From Sphaerodactylus townsendi (lineage: Eukaryota), in the NCBI RefSeq assembly GCF_021028975.2, contig NC_059426.1:43524001-43588000 (forward strand): 64,000 bases of DNA, in the 5' to 3' direction. Numbering within the stretch: the first letter of the stretch is position 1; each line of letters begins with the position of its first letter. Position numbers and translations under genes: made by a program. Under the pieces are notes generated by a model that was not told the origin of the DNA, did not search any database, and was given only the letters and a program-made list of their open reading frames with translations. Of the stretch, positions 20,291 through 34,889 are shown piece by piece.

Positions 20291-23200
20291 CAAGTTTAAG
20301 AAATACATGATGAAGCACATGTATTATAGTGCAATTCAGAGCCTTCCTCCAGAAGACTTTTTGGTGGCATGGTGAGGCCAAAAAAAAAAAAAAATCCTCG
20401 CCACTGGAAAGTGATCTATTAGGTTCGATGATCATATATGCCACCCAAAAGGGTAGCGTAAGTCACAGGTCTCGGCCACGTTATATCTGGAGAGAATACT
20501 GGGGTGGAAGCTGACTAATGTTGGCTCCGCCCCTGGCCGCACATCCAGAACACCTCCACTATGCCAGCCAGGCTCCAGTGGTGTGGGAACGGTGACACAG
20601 CGCTCTGCACAGTGTCCACGTGTCTAAGAGGGCCCCGGTGGCTGGCTAGCACAGCCCCACACTCCCTCCAGACATCGCTTCCTCTAATTCCCCTTGCATT
20701 GTGCCATTAACCTTCTAGTGCGTGTATTCATTCTTCTTTACTGATACCCCTTTGCTTTATTGAACGTGGTTAGTCATTAAGTCTTACCTTTGGAAGCTAT
20801 GAACAAATGATAACTATTTGTTTCTTATATTTCTATCCCGCTGATCAGACAGTTGTCTCCTAAAGAGGTATGCCTCAATCAAGAGACACAGATCCAAGTC
20901 TTAGGATTAACAAGTAGAGGAAAAATTGAAGTGAAGAGGGACTCAGTTCAACAGGCTCAGAACAAAGTTATAATTAATATTTACTTGAGATGATCTTGCC
21001 TTTCAGGAATTGAACTGGGATGTTGCAACTATCCTGCTACCTTTATTTATTTTAAAACATTTTTGCAGTGCCTTTCCACCCAGTAGGGTCACAAGTGTGG
21101 TGGACAACAAAACATTAAACAATATTTTATATAAATAATTCAATTAATTAGAGTTGGGGATTTCTCACTGGAGATTTGTGGGCAGTGGCAGAAGTTGGCA
21201 TTTCTTTCTAGTTTTGGTTTTAATTGTTTTCATAGTTTGCTTTTAAAAAAGATGGTTTCAACTGTTCGCTATCTTAATGGCCCTCATGGGACAGAAAGAT
21301 GGGGTACAAATTATATATATACCTATATAGACTTCTAGAATACTAGGAAGTGTGACTGTCAGAGTTACATTTGCACTACTAGCTGGTGAAGTAATATGAA
21401 GGATAGGAAAGGACTGTAACCACTCAGTAGTAGTCTTCAACAGGTAGTTTGTGAGCCACCTATTGCTTACCAGCTGCTGAAAGTGGCTTGTGCAGCCCCT
21501 AGAAGACCTACCAGAAGATCATAAGAGAGAATGCTGGTGTAGTACCCAAAGACTTGAGAAGGTCAGTCTACTGACCTGCCAAATCTCTCAGAATGCGGAA
21601 TTGGTTTCAGTCCTACTGTTAACTCAGGGAGGGACAGGTAATTGAATATTTTAACAGGGGAATATACATATATATGCACGCACACACACACACACAATGT
21701 TTTAGTAGCTCAAGGTGTTTTTCCTTATTTAGAAGGTGTTCTCTTTAGAGGTTAGTGACCTTTGCCCTAAATACATCATTGTCTGCAGCATTGTTAGAAA
21801 AGTGAGCATGGCTCTTAAAGCTTAGAAGCAATTACCTTTCCCGCAAGGTAGGCAAAATATAGTAAGTTGGCCCACCTATCACAAAGCCTTCAAAGGAGGA
21901 AGAGTCTCAGTTGGGAGCTGACAGTCTACTATAACCAGGCTCTTATTAAAAAGCATGCTGTACTAATCATTTTGTTAGTATAAGGTGTTGAATTGGACTC
22001 ATGCCAAGCCTTTCACCCTGAAGTAATTGTATGGGAGTGTTCCCATGGAGAAAATGCATGTTCTTATTGCTCTGGGTTCTTTGAAGATCCTTACAGCTTA
22101 GAACATTGTGGCTACCCCATATGGCTGTTTCTCAGTTGTTAAAAATGTAGGATACTTTTTGCCCAGCTATGACTTAACGTAATTTCAACCTTTGTCAGAG
22201 TAGCCCAGGTTACAACTTAACACCACAAACTTCAGGGTGAGGCCAATGAGAACATTTGTGTCACCTGGATGAAACTAACATAGTTACAATTTGGACAACT
22301 AAAACTTTAATCTTGAACTTCTGGTGTAAGGTTAGAAAACTTAAAGTAATAGTATGTCCATATTATTTCACCAGGAATCTGGGGAATCACAGTAGTGAAC
22401 TTAACATGAGTCCAATAACAAATAAACTCTGAGAGTATCTGTAGACACAGCTTCAAAGCCTAAAATCACCAACCCTTTTGGCATAAAGACATGACAGGAA
22501 GGAAAGAGTTCTCATCCTAACACCCACAGTAGTTGCTTGAAAGGAGGTATATGGCTTGGGTCATGTTGTAGGACTCTACTTTTGTGAGGGGAGGGAATTT
22601 GTTGCCAGGGAGGAGGAAGGAACAAGAAGCAAGCAACAGCAACATTTCCAGCAGCTTTTGACCCAGCCACCCATCTAATAACTCTGTGAGAAAGAGCACT
22701 GAGAAAGGAGTTTGGGTTCCAATGTGCAGAAGTGACCATCAGAACCATTTCCTGCAACAGTCATGTCACATTGCCCATCAGAAGGCAAAACAAATGTTTA
22801 GAACCATATTCTGCAACAGTCATGTCACAGGAACAGAAGAGGATCGTAAAGGAGCAGAACCCAAATGATCCAGTCCTCAGAGAAGTTCTGTTACCACACA
22901 GCCAAAGGAGAACCACACATCTTGGACTGAGTAATTGTAATTGTAAACTCTCACAGACCTACTACAGAGTAATTGTAAACTCTCACAAACTCAAGGAATT
23001 AGGATGTTGCATATGCAGCTGTGGCCTTTAAAAGCAGCACAGACCACCCACTGTAAAGGTCTAAAAAAAGCCACACCCACAGGCAAACCTAAAAAAATGG
23101 AATGAGAGAATGAATTGGAGAGATGCATGGATAAATAGCCCCACTTTGGCAATAGCATAATTGTCACATGATCAGGGAAGGTGTATTCATTTGCCCCTAT

Positions 23201-23449
23201 CTTTACATCTCAACCAGCCACACCTCGTCCACAGTCGTTTTGTCTGATTACTCGTGCCAGCAGCTTATTGTCCCAACAGATTTCATTAACATGTTTCCTC
23301 CCCACCCTTCCATTTATGTAATCCTGCTGCATTGTGTGTCACGCCTGCAATCACCATAAAGTTAATGAGCAGACGGGAGCCTTGCTAGAGCTCTAGTGGG
23401 CAGAAAGTGGAAATGGAATCATTCCTGGTAGGTACCATGTTGGAGAGTC

Positions 23450-24600
23450 TTCTGGGCCTCCCATTCTGTGAGGGTCTCATTTTAAGACAGCTGTTGATAA
23501 TAAGCACGGGATTGAGGATGATCTTTGGGTACTGAGCTTGATTAACACAAGGGTACTGAGGTAAATATATCTTTAAAAACTGTTATCCAGTCCTCAGTGT
23601 TCTGAAAGAGGGACAGATGGCTGCAGTTGCCCAACTTTACATGTTAGGGCATTTCAAATGAGGTAATTGCATTGCATGTCCCCGGCTATAGAATCACAGG
23701 AGGTGCACGGAACTAGTGCTTCACCTCATGCCAGTTATTCTAAGAAACCTTTGGGATTCTCTAATTGTTATACTACTAATGTCTTCTATTATGTAAATTT
23801 CAAGCGTGGTCTAACATATATTGGATAGACATTAGAAAGTTGAAAGTGAGGGTCCTAGAGCACATCTTGTGGATCCACAATTCCATCAGAGAAGCCCTAG
23901 TGGTTGATCACTTCATCTTGAAGAATCATCCATCTGAATTGCTCTGGTTTGGGGTACTGGCCACTTTAAGAGACATTGGTCCACATACCAATCTACAGTA
24001 AAGGCTGGAAACATCATTTTCCCTCAATAATCTCAAGCCTGCCTGTTTAAATCAGGTATTGGACTTTTCCTGCTATCTCTGACCATTAATTACTTGCAAC
24101 TGTGCACTGTCAGCTTGCCCCAACTTCTGTAAATGCAGAAGATGCGATCAGTTAGTCAAGGACATTCTTGCGACTAGCTCAGAGATTCACCAGCAGATCA
24201 CAGTCCACTTTTGTAACTATGGATTATTAATGCTACTATATTCATTTGTTTTATATGTTTAGGTGTGCTCATTTATAACATTCTTTATGTAATTTACCGA
24301 ATCAGAATTTGTCCCTGGCAAGAAACACGGGACTAGTGCTTCCAGTTTACTGCTTTAAGACATTGTAAGTGTACGTACAGATTGAATTTTTGACTTTCCA
24401 TTGTGTATTATTCTGTGATGTATATATCAATTTAATATTTATTTTACAGAAACCACGAGCCATAGAAGTTCTTTTCGAGGCTGGATTTTATCCAGATGCC
24501 CAGCTAGCTCTGCAGTCCTTGTTTCTTATTCATATCCATACTTGAAAACGCTTGTGAATTGTTTTGCATTTTGGTGTATTTTGTCAACCAACTTATAAAT
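23450..24600 (+). mobile_element. Penelope-like (Neptune-type) retroelement 3' part: GIY-YIG endonuclease relic and downstream pLTR
   Basis: Decayed translation GHFK*GNCIAC, FSNCYTTNVFYYVNFKRGLTYIG, LKVRVLEH...VDHF..KNH, LKPACLNQVLDFSCYL*. Confidence 0.75.
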
Positions 24601-27519
24601 ATTTACATTACACCAGAGAAGTTACCTGGGAAACTGATGTCTGCATAGTTCCTTTTTGGATTATTGACTATATTTTGTAGCAATGTGCTCAGAGCTGTTT
24701 ACAGTGCAATTCATTGCATTAACATTTGTGGTGCACTGACCCCCGAAATTATGCTTTATGGTAGAACCTTTATATCTCAGCAGGGCTCCAGTGCCTTTGA
24801 AAGCTGCATGATAAACAGAAAAGTAACGGTGCAGTTTTACCTCACCAAGAAAAGCACCCAAACCCTGCAAAATGTATTCAGGTGGAATAAAACCTCATAG
24901 GGAAGAGCCCATGTCTGTGCTACTGCTAAAAATACTTGAGGCCTTGCCCTTGATTTGAAGTCCTTTGAAAATATATGTTGGAAGGATGTTGGAATGCACT
25001 TGGGAAGATCTAAGAGGGGCATCAGTTTATTATTGGTTTTAACTCTTGATCCTGCTTGTGTCCTGAAATGGATCCCACAAACTGCAATTAAAACCAAAAT
25101 AGTCCCACAATTATGAAATCACACAAGAAGAATAAAAATCCTCAAGTTGTATTTCAGTTCAGGGGTCTGCAACCCATGAACCCATGGATTGTGGCTCAGT
25201 ATGAAACTGGCTCAGTATGAAACTGCATACAGCTTTTTGACAAATGTGAAAGGGAATCTAAGTTAAGATATATTGGAAGGTAGGTTGGATAAAATGAGAT
25301 GGAAATGGTAGCCACATATTTTTAATGGAACTAAAGGGGTTCTTAGATACGTTTTACAGAAAAGGAACAGAGACTTGAACAGATGCTAGTAATTTCAGGT
25401 GTGAACCATGTACAGATTTATACCTATCCCACTGCACTACAATTATTGTGCAGGGTGCTCCTGTATATTATTTACTCTGAGACCTTGTGTGTTCCACTTC
25501 CTAATAAAGGACTTGCAACAACTGATGCTCGGGCTGCAGAAACTATCTGGACTTTTCAATTACAAGTAATATGTTTGCATATTCTCAGTAATGCAAATAG
25601 ATTTTCCTGTACTGATTCCTGGTTGATCTAATGATCTGAATGTTGACAAAATTTGGCTCTTTAATGATAAAAGGTTGCTGACCTAATCCAGTCCTTGGTC
25701 TCAATGCCACAATGTTTGGAGAGGCTCTTATTTGGAAGAGAACGTGCACACACGAAAACAATATTCAAACACGGCATGTAATCCCAACTGGGATGCCATA
25801 AGGATAGAGGTAAAGAACAAGAACAGTTCTCAGGCAGCAGTTCATTAGGCCTGGGGAAAAATACAACATTGCCCCCTCTCCTGCTGGATTTCTGTCAGCT
25901 ATGCCCCAGGACAGGACACTCTTCTCTGTCCGCTTGTCACATCCACCCTACCATATACTACCCTTGGTGTGTGATGGCTGGTTCCACTGTTAAAATCTTT
26001 AGATCCCTTGTGGTTTTATATATAGGTTGAGAGGAGTTGGGGGGGGGGGGATATTTTTTGGTAGTCCAATTTAATGAGTGTGCTAATTTGGACCAATTTT
26101 TTGGTAGTATATTTTCCGGTCATAGGGGTGGAAACATGATCTGGGGAAACTTGAGGCCAAACTAGATGTGATGGTGTCATTTTGGCTTCCACAGAGACAC
26201 TGCCACTATTGTAAAGTCATTTTAAAGTGCAGTGAGTGCCCAATCTATGGGTCTGCAGTGTGGCAGGCTGAGGTACTTTTGTTCCTCCTTCCATGTCCTT
26301 ATCAAGTGCCTAAAAAGCAGCCCCCCCCCCCCACTCTCAGTTATTTCAGGAAATACAAAGGTGTGGGGGAGGAACAAGAGCATTTTTCAGAATTTCATTC
26401 AATCAGTTTTGGAGTGTTCCGCTAGGCCTCAGTGAAACTTTTGTCTTCTTGAGCTATGTATAGCTGCTGTTTCTTCTTATTCTGTGCATAAACTGTTCAT
26501 GGTCAGATTTACAGCCTTCTAAACCTACAGGCTTCCATCAACTCATAAATGTGTAGCTGCTTAGGATAGCATTGTAAATCACAAATATTGTTACACCAGC
26601 ATTCTGGGGTATATTTTAGCCCAGTATATTACTCATACCAATAATATAATCCAGAATATGTCCATTTTTTCAGGGCTCAACAAATTGCAATAGATTGTGA
26701 AGATCATGTGCAAGTCATGTCTTAAAAGCATCCAATTCTCTCTCCACGTCACGTCTTGAACCAAAGTGTTTATGTAATGACATTTTGTTTTATGCAGAGT
26801 TGCACAATTCTGGAAATCTGGATATACTTGGGCATCCTGAGGAGCATGGAATGAATTGCAATATTAATTAAGTCTTGCCCTGTTTAACATGTAGATTTTA
26901 TACTCTATTCCAGCATTCAAACTCAACTTGTTCTACAAGCTTATAATAATCTCCATCAGGCCCAGCAACTTCTGAAAGCTCATCTCACCTTGACATTTGA
27001 GTTGAAAATTATAGGTACCATCCATCCCGTCCAAGACTGGACCTTTTCATTTTGGGCTATTTATTTTACCTCTCTTTAATTAGAAGACTTAAGGAGAAAG
27101 ATGGGTGCTTTATTATTTGAAAATTTGGTCCTTGAATTTTACCAAGTACAACACCACACTAGCCTTTATTGGCATATAATTTTACCAAGTGCTTTTAACA
27201 CAGCCAGCCTAAGCAAAGTTATATGTTTCTAATCCCTTTGACTATAATTGAGCTAGAGTTAGTATAACTCTGTCTAGGATTGCAATGGCATGTGCCTAAC
27301 AATGAAATTACACTACTCTAAGTCAATGGACTTAGAGGATGCAAATCTGCTATCAGAAATGTAGAAGTAAACAAAGCATTCCCCAAAAGTAGCCAACCAC
27401 TACCTTAGGTGTTATGACATTACTAAGATGGGTGGTACAAACAATGTAATGGATCAAATGGTCCCCTCCCAAATGTGGAATCTTCAATTAAGAAGATTTT
27501 TCTGGAGGGACTTCCATAA

Positions 27520-27718
27520 TGGACCCTGGATAGCCCCAAGGTAGCCTGATCTCCGATTTCAGAAACTAAGCAGGGTCAGCCCTGATTAGTATTTGAATGG
27601 GCAACTTCCAAAGAATTCCAGGGTCACTATACAGATGCAGGCAATATCAAACCACCTCTGTTGTTTCCTGCTTTGAAAACCCTACTGGGTAACCATAAGG
27701 CAGCTTTGACAGCACACA
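27520..27718 (+). mobile_element. 5S-rRNA-derived SINE
   Basis: Head cctgatctccgatttcagaaactaagcagggtcagccctgattagtatttgaatggg resembles the 5S rRNA internal control region; tail gcaggcaat..aaaccacctctg...gaaaaccct...ccataag..ttgacagca. Related pieces at 35645-35740 (head) and 37460-37569 (tail). Confidence 0.7.
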
Positions 27719-27904
27719 CATACACTCACTTAGTGAATCAAACAATCAGTTCAGGTCTGCCACATATAAGGTATTCAGGTATAAACGTCCTTCCCAATTA
27801 TATTTTAATGAGACTGCAGCTCAGCTGTGCAATATTATGACAATCTTTGTGGGATGGATCCTACCCCTCCACTAAGGAAAGTTTGAAGGCTTTCTCTTAT
27901 CTAA

Positions 27905-28302
27905 GGCCCTTTCCGCACGGGTGGTATATGGCGCCCTGGAGCCATTCGGGAAGCGAGGTTTTCGGAAAACGGCAGCTTGGAGCCGCTGCTGTGCCGGCTC
28001 TAAGGCGCCCCCCTCCACCCTTCAATTACATTGTCTCCGGCCGGCCGGCACATCGCCAAGGCCTGGGGACATGCCCCCCTGCCCTGCGACGCTGGAGCAG
28101 TTGTGCAGGGCCGGGGGGCGTGTCTCCAGGTCTTGGCGACGTGCCGGATGGCCAGAGACACGCCGAGTCGGCCGGGCGATGGTGCTCCGCGGCACCGTCT
28201 TCCCGGCTGTTTCTGGGACCGTTCATGCGAACGGTCCCAGGGGGGTTGGGTCGGCGTGGAATGCGCCGACCCAACCCCCATCGACGCCGTGCGGAAACGG
28301 CC
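27905..28302. mobile_element. PIF/Harbinger-type MITE with TAA TSD
   Basis: TAA|GGCCCTTTCCGCACGG...CCGTGCGGAAACGGCC|TAA. Confidence 0.85.
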
Positions 28303-28967
28303 TAAGGCTCTTTCCTCTACTTTAACCGGCTCTACATCCAATGGAGGAAGGCTCCTTAGAAGATGGTTGGATCCATCCCAGCATTTAAAATACAGAAAAC
28401 TGTATCCAATGGTTTGCTTCTGGTGGAGTGATGTGTGTGGTTTTTACCCATTTCCCTCTCTCACTGCAAACTACCTCATTATTCATAGTTTTGTTCTTGG
28501 GGATCCCCTGAACTCGGGAATCCCCTGAACTTCATGAACAGCATTTTGAGAAGATGGGGAGAGCAGGCAGGAAAGTTCCCTTTGGGGAGCAAAGCTCCAC
28601 TTGCAGTTTGTTGCAGTACTTACAAACCACTTGATGCACAAATGCTTAATGTGCATTAGTGTCATTTGCCTGCTTTTTATATGTTGTGAATTGTGTATTC
28701 TTAATATAGCAATACACCTGAATGAAAAATAAAGCAGGCACTATTACTTTTGTTTGAAGAGGATAAGGATTGTCTCACTGTATATCACTGTCACTGTGGA
28801 GGTGGGGTTCAAGCAGTAGGACAGTACTGCAGCACAAGTTTTGTTCAAGCTCGCATTGTTGACTGCTGCAAAGACCATATTTGTCCCATTAGTTCTTACC
28901 CTCAAATTATTTTGTATCTTCTGAATTTATTTACATGAAAGATTAAGAAATATTTGAAACATGATTG

Positions 28968-29047
28968 AAACACCAGACCACGGCCACACAGCCTGGAAAA
29001 CCCACCAGAACCAGTTGAATCCAGCTGTGAAAGCCTTCAACAATACA
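28968..29047 (+). mobile_element. Penelope-terminus fragment with 14-bp TSD
   Basis: ccagaccacggccacacagcctggaaaacccac...gaaagccttcaacaatac flanked by TTGAAACATGATTG (28954-28967 and 29048-29061). Confidence 0.75.
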
Positions 29048-29139
29048 TTGAAACATGATTGTTTTAATCCACTTGCAGTGCATTTGTCCCTTTGATCATT
29101 ATATTAATTGTTCCAAGGTATAATTCTGATAAAAGAACA

Positions 29140-30885
29140 ATTTAGATGACATTTTCAAAACTTACTAATACCAATTTGATGTTCTATCAGAATAATTATG
29201 AAAAAAAAACTTGGAAAAAACCTAAGAAAAGATTTGAATAGATGGAAGAACTTCAACGTATCTTTACTAGGCAGAATTTCAGTTATTAAAATGAACATTT
29301 TACCGGGAATCTTATTTCTGTTCCAGAAATATTCCTATTATAAATTCTGACAAGCCACTGAATACATGGCAAAGAGAATTAGCAAAATTCATATGATAAG
29401 GACAGAAAGCTAGGATGAAAATTAAAACACTTGCGATGCAAAAGGAAGGGAAGGCCTACAGGTACCTCATTTAAGAATTTATTTTCAAGGGGCTACATTA
29501 ACCTGGCTAAAAGGCTGGATTCTATTACAAAATTGAAGACATATAAATTTGGAGGGGTTGGAATGACATATGGATGGCATGCCTACATTTGGGGTGGGAA
29601 AGAAAAAATAAATAAGCAATTTGGATATCATACTGTAAGATTTGCCTTAAGTAGGATGTGGAATAAGTGCAGAAAGAAAATTATGGATAGAATTCCACTC
29701 TAATTATCCTCTCATGAAGCACTGTTTAAAAGTCAGTCAGGTGTGGAAAAAATTGGCTCACATTTAAGATCTTCCAGAAGAAAATACAAAGGGAAATAAG
29801 ATGGGAGTGCAAACTAAAATCTCTGAAAAAAATAGAAAAAGAAGGTAAACTAAAAGATTGGTGCCTCTATGCACAGTTAAGGGAAATATATGTTAAAGAC
29901 AGAAAAGAATTCAGATTTGAAAATAATCCTACATTGTTAATAACACAATTAATGGAAAACAAAGAGTATCTAATTAGATGTATAGAGAGTGTCTGGCCTT
30001 TGAGAGTGAGGTCATCATAGAATTTATGATAACGTGGGCAAGGAATGTGAGACATAATATTCAACTTGAAGATTAGTAATACATATGGAAAAGGGGTACG
30101 AAATTCTTGGTGACATTATATAAAAGATATAGAAAATGTATATAGAAAATGTATTACCAGTGGTACTTAACTCCATCCAAAACTAATCAAAATTAATGTT
30201 GTAAACGCCAGAAAAAGGTGGGTACATTTTACTCCTAATGGTGAAACGGTGTGAAGGCAAAGCAATTCTGAAAAGGGATTTATGAAGAAATTTCTAAAGT
30301 TTTGAAAAGAAAAATTAAATTCAACGCAGAAGTAGATTTACTCTGTATTTTGGATAGATCATTAGATAAAGAAACCAAGGAATTGTTTAGATATCAGTTG
30401 CAGCAAGAATTATTTGGGCTAGGAAATGGGTGTCTGAAGAAATACCTTCAATTTATGAATGGCAGTATAAAGTTATAGAATTAGCCAAGTCTGAAAAACT
30501 ATCTAGTTATGTGGAAGATAAATGGATTGCAGATTTTCAAAATAACTGGAAATTGTGGGCGGAATATATGAACAAAAGTTTTAAAAGAACAGTATAACTT
30601 TAGGGTATGCTACTTGACAAGGAAGGTTAGAAGGAAAAATACAAACTATGAGTAGAAAATGCCATGAATATTTAAAGTTTCCTTCCTCTTTTTCTTCATT
30701 ATCTTTTTTTTAGAGGAGATATAAAGTTAGGGTCTGATGATTAAACTTAAGTTCTGTGTAAGGAAAGTTGGAAGTTTTCTTTTTTAATTAACTTTGACAA
30801 AATTATATACATTATTTCGCTTAGACATTTTGAAACCAATGTAATGAACTGTTGAATGAATAAAGGTTAATATTGCAAAAAAAAA
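29140..30885 (+). mobile_element. 5'-truncated L1/Tx1-clade LINE (decayed ORF2 C-terminal half, 3'UTR, poly-A)
   Basis: KKDLNRWKNFNVSLLGRISVIKMNILPGILFLFQ, later YYQWYLTP, C..C...GTF and AARIIWARKW; AATAAA at ~30859 then A-run 30877-30885. Confidence 0.85.
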
Positions 30886-32939
30886 CCTTACTGAAGTTGT
30901 AAATTTGGAAATGTAGATTTTTATCTCAAAATGTGCCAATTGACAGAAACTAGTGGATCTATACAATGGTTTCTATCAGAATCAATAAAGGACAATTTTG
31001 AATAGAATTTTATGCAGTTTCAGCTGTGAAATCACTAAAAACATCCATCATGTTTAGTCAAGTCTTTATCATTCTGGGGTGGGATTTAACTTTCAAGTAT
31101 TAATTCTTTGCACCACAGTCTTTATTAATAGAAATTCAAAAGTCACATTTCTACAAACCATACATGCACAGTGAAGTGAAAACTAGTTTAAGATCAAAGA
31201 TTTTAGTGTGTGATTAATCCAATTTCTGTATTATTGTGCTGTGTGTCATACAGAAGTTGAAGCTCCTTTGTCATTTTTGAGAAATCAGGACTTGCATGTA
31301 CTTATTTTTACCACAAGACTATAAGTCAGAAATATTATTAAGTCATGGGTCTAGCGACAGATAACTGCACTCTAAAAATGCTCATTCTCTTTACAATTCA
31401 ACTGTCTTCTCTACAGACCTGTTTGAAAAGTGCAGTGTAGGAGAGGTGCAATTTGTCTGATCTTATGCTTAATTAAGTAATTTCTGATGGCAGCTGTCAA
31501 AATAATTAGCTTCATCACCATTATTCTTATTTTTAATTTCTGAGTCCATCAGCAGAAGCTTTTTATTTCCTACTTATTAATACTTATACTCAATTCAAAA
31601 TTTTGTTACACTTTTAAAAAAACCTTGATTTTACTTTTTCCATCTCTAAACAATTTTAGATGATTAATAACCTGCTTAAATTATACATTCACTCTATCAA
31701 CATGCATTTCCTCTTGCTCCATTCAATAATTTGGCTAGTTTGAAAGTGTTCAAGTCACTTTATAAAAATATAGATTTGGCATCTAGCCTGTTTGAACAAG
31801 TACTGTATGATATAGCTTAATCTATGGGGTGCGGGCTTTAATTTATAGATTAACCTATTGCAGTTTTTTATTAATTCAGTTCAAAAGTTTTATTGCATTA
31901 GCTCAGAAGCCAAAGCAAATAATACAATTCCAATATAGTGGAATTGTATAAATGCATAAAATACATAATACACCTAAGTCATAAATAAAATCTATAAAGG
32001 TTAAAATATTCCATAGCATGGTAACGTTTAATATTGCCAATTGAAAACCCAACTAATATGCTACATATTTAACAAAATGTATCAGTCTGGTATTGACATA
32101 GTTACCAATATCGAACATCAAATGACTCAGAGTGGTACGATTAATGATCAACTACATTTATGGCCACTTTTTTGCCTGTCTTCATAACAAAGGCAATAAA
32201 CCTTGCCATTCTAAAAGTAACAAGTTTGGCTTTATCTGCCAACATTGATATTAGTTTAGCCTGATTTGGCTTTCTCCAAAAACCGGACAAAACATTAATT
32301 AGTCAGTGTGTACCAGTGTTAATGCAAGGCACTTTAAGGTGAGGACTCACTTGTTTACTTTGAAAGCCATACTGGTTTTGTTGTATTGATGTAAAAGGGA
32401 AAGAAAATATTGGGCAGGGGATCCTATGAATATGTTGTCCTTACAGTGGAATCTGCTTGAGGGTACTTGCCCTGGTGGAGCTTGTATTCTGCTGGAGTGA
32501 GGACATTTGCAAGAAGCAGGAAAAATACTGACAGAGCGCAGTCCGATTGATTACTATTGTTATTACATTTAGAATCTTGATCTCTATTCTACTTAGCAAC
32601 CTTGAAGTTTCTTAACGAGGTCGGCACTTATCTAGATTCCGACTGGCCTTGCCTTATTGCTTGTTTTGTATATTTAATTGTACATTTGTGCATATATCGT
32701 TATTGTTACTTACAAGTACAATTACTTCACTCCAGTGGGAGGTATTGCTTTTGAAGCAGTTGTTTCAGCCTGGTTGGTCCATATTATCTCTTGTTCACCC
32801 TGGAGTGAGGCTCCTGGCATGGGAGGAAGGTTCCACAATTAGCAGAACAAATTACTAGAATTGTAGGCAATCTTATACTTCCTTCTGTATCTCCAAAAAA
32901 GGTGTCTTTATTATTGAATCAATCTCCAACAGAAAGCAT

Positions 32940-33115
32940 TCTTCAAAGCATCTCTTGACCTGCCTGACTGACAACTTCCTTTTTCAAATGGTGGAGAAAG
33001 ACACAAGGGGCTCAGCCGTATGCAAAATTAACCAACAGGCAAGAGCTGGTAGCTGGGATGAAGGTGGTGGGGACCTTAGGGGGAAGTGTCCATATTTTCC
33101 TAGCATTCCTTTTGT
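32940..33115 (+). mobile_element. CR1 endonuclease-region fragment
   Basis: LTCLTDNFLFQMVEKDTRGSA matches the CR1 ORF2 motif FL..L.DNFL.Q.V...TRG.A. Confidence 0.65.
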
Positions 33116-34889
33116 TGTAGTGGACATGAGGAGGGAGTGTCGGGAGGGCGTGGCAGTTTGAAGGGTGGGAGGCAGGTGCTGAGCAGCGGAGCATTTGCTT
33201 TGCCACCCAGCCTGGCAGTTTCAGGAGGCAGGAGGGCTTCTGGCAGCCCGCAGAGCAGTAGCACAAGGGCAGGGAATCAAATGTTGAGGCAATGAACTTT
33301 GACTTCATGTGTCTTGCTCCCTCATTGGTTGAAGGTCCATCGTCCCGACATTCGATTCCTTAGAGCTTTATTGCTTAGGACATGCTACCTTATATGCTTT
33401 ATCTTGGAGGCATCCACACTTTTTAGGATATTGTGCTATGGTTGTACTGCAGCAGTCATTTCCAACCAAGTTGTCTTGTGAATGATTGCTACAGAACAGT
33501 GAAAATGCAGTGTTTTGATGCAAAGCTGATGTATTGACCGCATGCAAGGATTTGCAATAGTGTATCAAAGCACATTTGAAATAATCAGATTCGTTTTTAA
33601 AACCCTGGGAAATTTTTAGGTATGAACTGTTTTTAAAGTGTGCAATTTAAAGGAAGAATAACTATTTCCAAAATAAAACATGAAGGGAGCTGAGACTGGC
33701 AGACTTATGGTAATTTCTATCACCATCACACACACACACATGCACACACACAAGCTTATTCTATAAACTTAGCAGCTATAAGGCTGACATTTACAAAAGG
33801 ATAAGCATGATAGAATAGTTGTTCTAAATCACACCCTTATTCTCAGGTGCTGTGGTATGTATAGGACTAATTCTGGTTTACTTTAATCTCATGAATAATC
33901 CCATTAACTTCAGGTGAACAGGAGTTAAGACTACATTTCACATTGTTAAATAGGGTGGCTGTGTAGCAACCCAGAGTTATCCTATACCTTTAAAGAGTTT
34001 GGAAGGTAAAGGAGGTAAAGCAGCCACTGCTTTTTTTGAATGATGCCTTCATTGGCCTTCCCCCGTTACCCACTTTGGGGCAAAATTGTTGTCCTGCTTG
34101 CTATTGCAGAAGAGAAGGGGACTGATGGGGGGAATTAAATCAGAAAAGTTGCAGTTGTGTTCTCTCCACAGTATTAGAAATTTTAAAGGTACATGTAATA
34201 TCTTCAAGTAGAAATCTGGAATCCTTAATATGAAATCTTCTCCAGAAGCCCACATACTGTTTTGAGATCAGACAATTTAAGAGAAACTTCTAGCTCTAAG
34301 ACTAAAATACTTCCCTCATGTATATTCATCAGGATTCCTCTGTTATAAGTTTAGTCACAAGACAGGTATGCAACTTTGCATATTTAAATAATAGCAAATA
34401 ATATTCTCCAAAATGATTCCAATTATCTTCTGTTGTTACGATGTTTCAAGTGCTTGAAGAGATATTCAACCATTTCTACTCCTGGCTGCCTTGCAGGTAG
34501 AATTGTCGTTCAATTGCTAGACAAGACACTTATGGTGAAGATTTCTGTTTCTTCCTTATATCACACTGTCAACTCAAAGCCTAAAGACTGTTCCTTTATT
34601 ACTGTAAAAACACTCTGCATTATATTTAAATGCACAATTTTAATTAGTTGATTGACACCTAATTTTCTGTTTCTAAACTGATATTCTTTACACTGTTCAA
34701 GGTAAAATGCTGAGCTGCCTGAACCTGATTGTGAATTCCAGAATTAATTTCTACATGGAATTAGACTTCATGATGTATATGCATGGCTGCAGAAAAAAAA
34801 AATCAGCTGCATGTCTGTCCCCCACCGTACCCCGCCTGTTTCAGAAAGTCTTGTACACTTTACCTGGTTCTTGATCTAACTACATAATA

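Noticed and set aside
27540-27610. 5S rRNA-like sequence (also 35660-35735)
   Set aside because: Truncated, diverged and followed by a SINE body; not a functional rRNA gene.
19687-28528. GC-rich ORFs and apparent CpG islands at 19.7-20.4 kb and 27.8-28.5 kb
   Set aside because: They coincide with two related Harbinger-type MITEs bounded by TIRs and TSDs; not promoters or genes.
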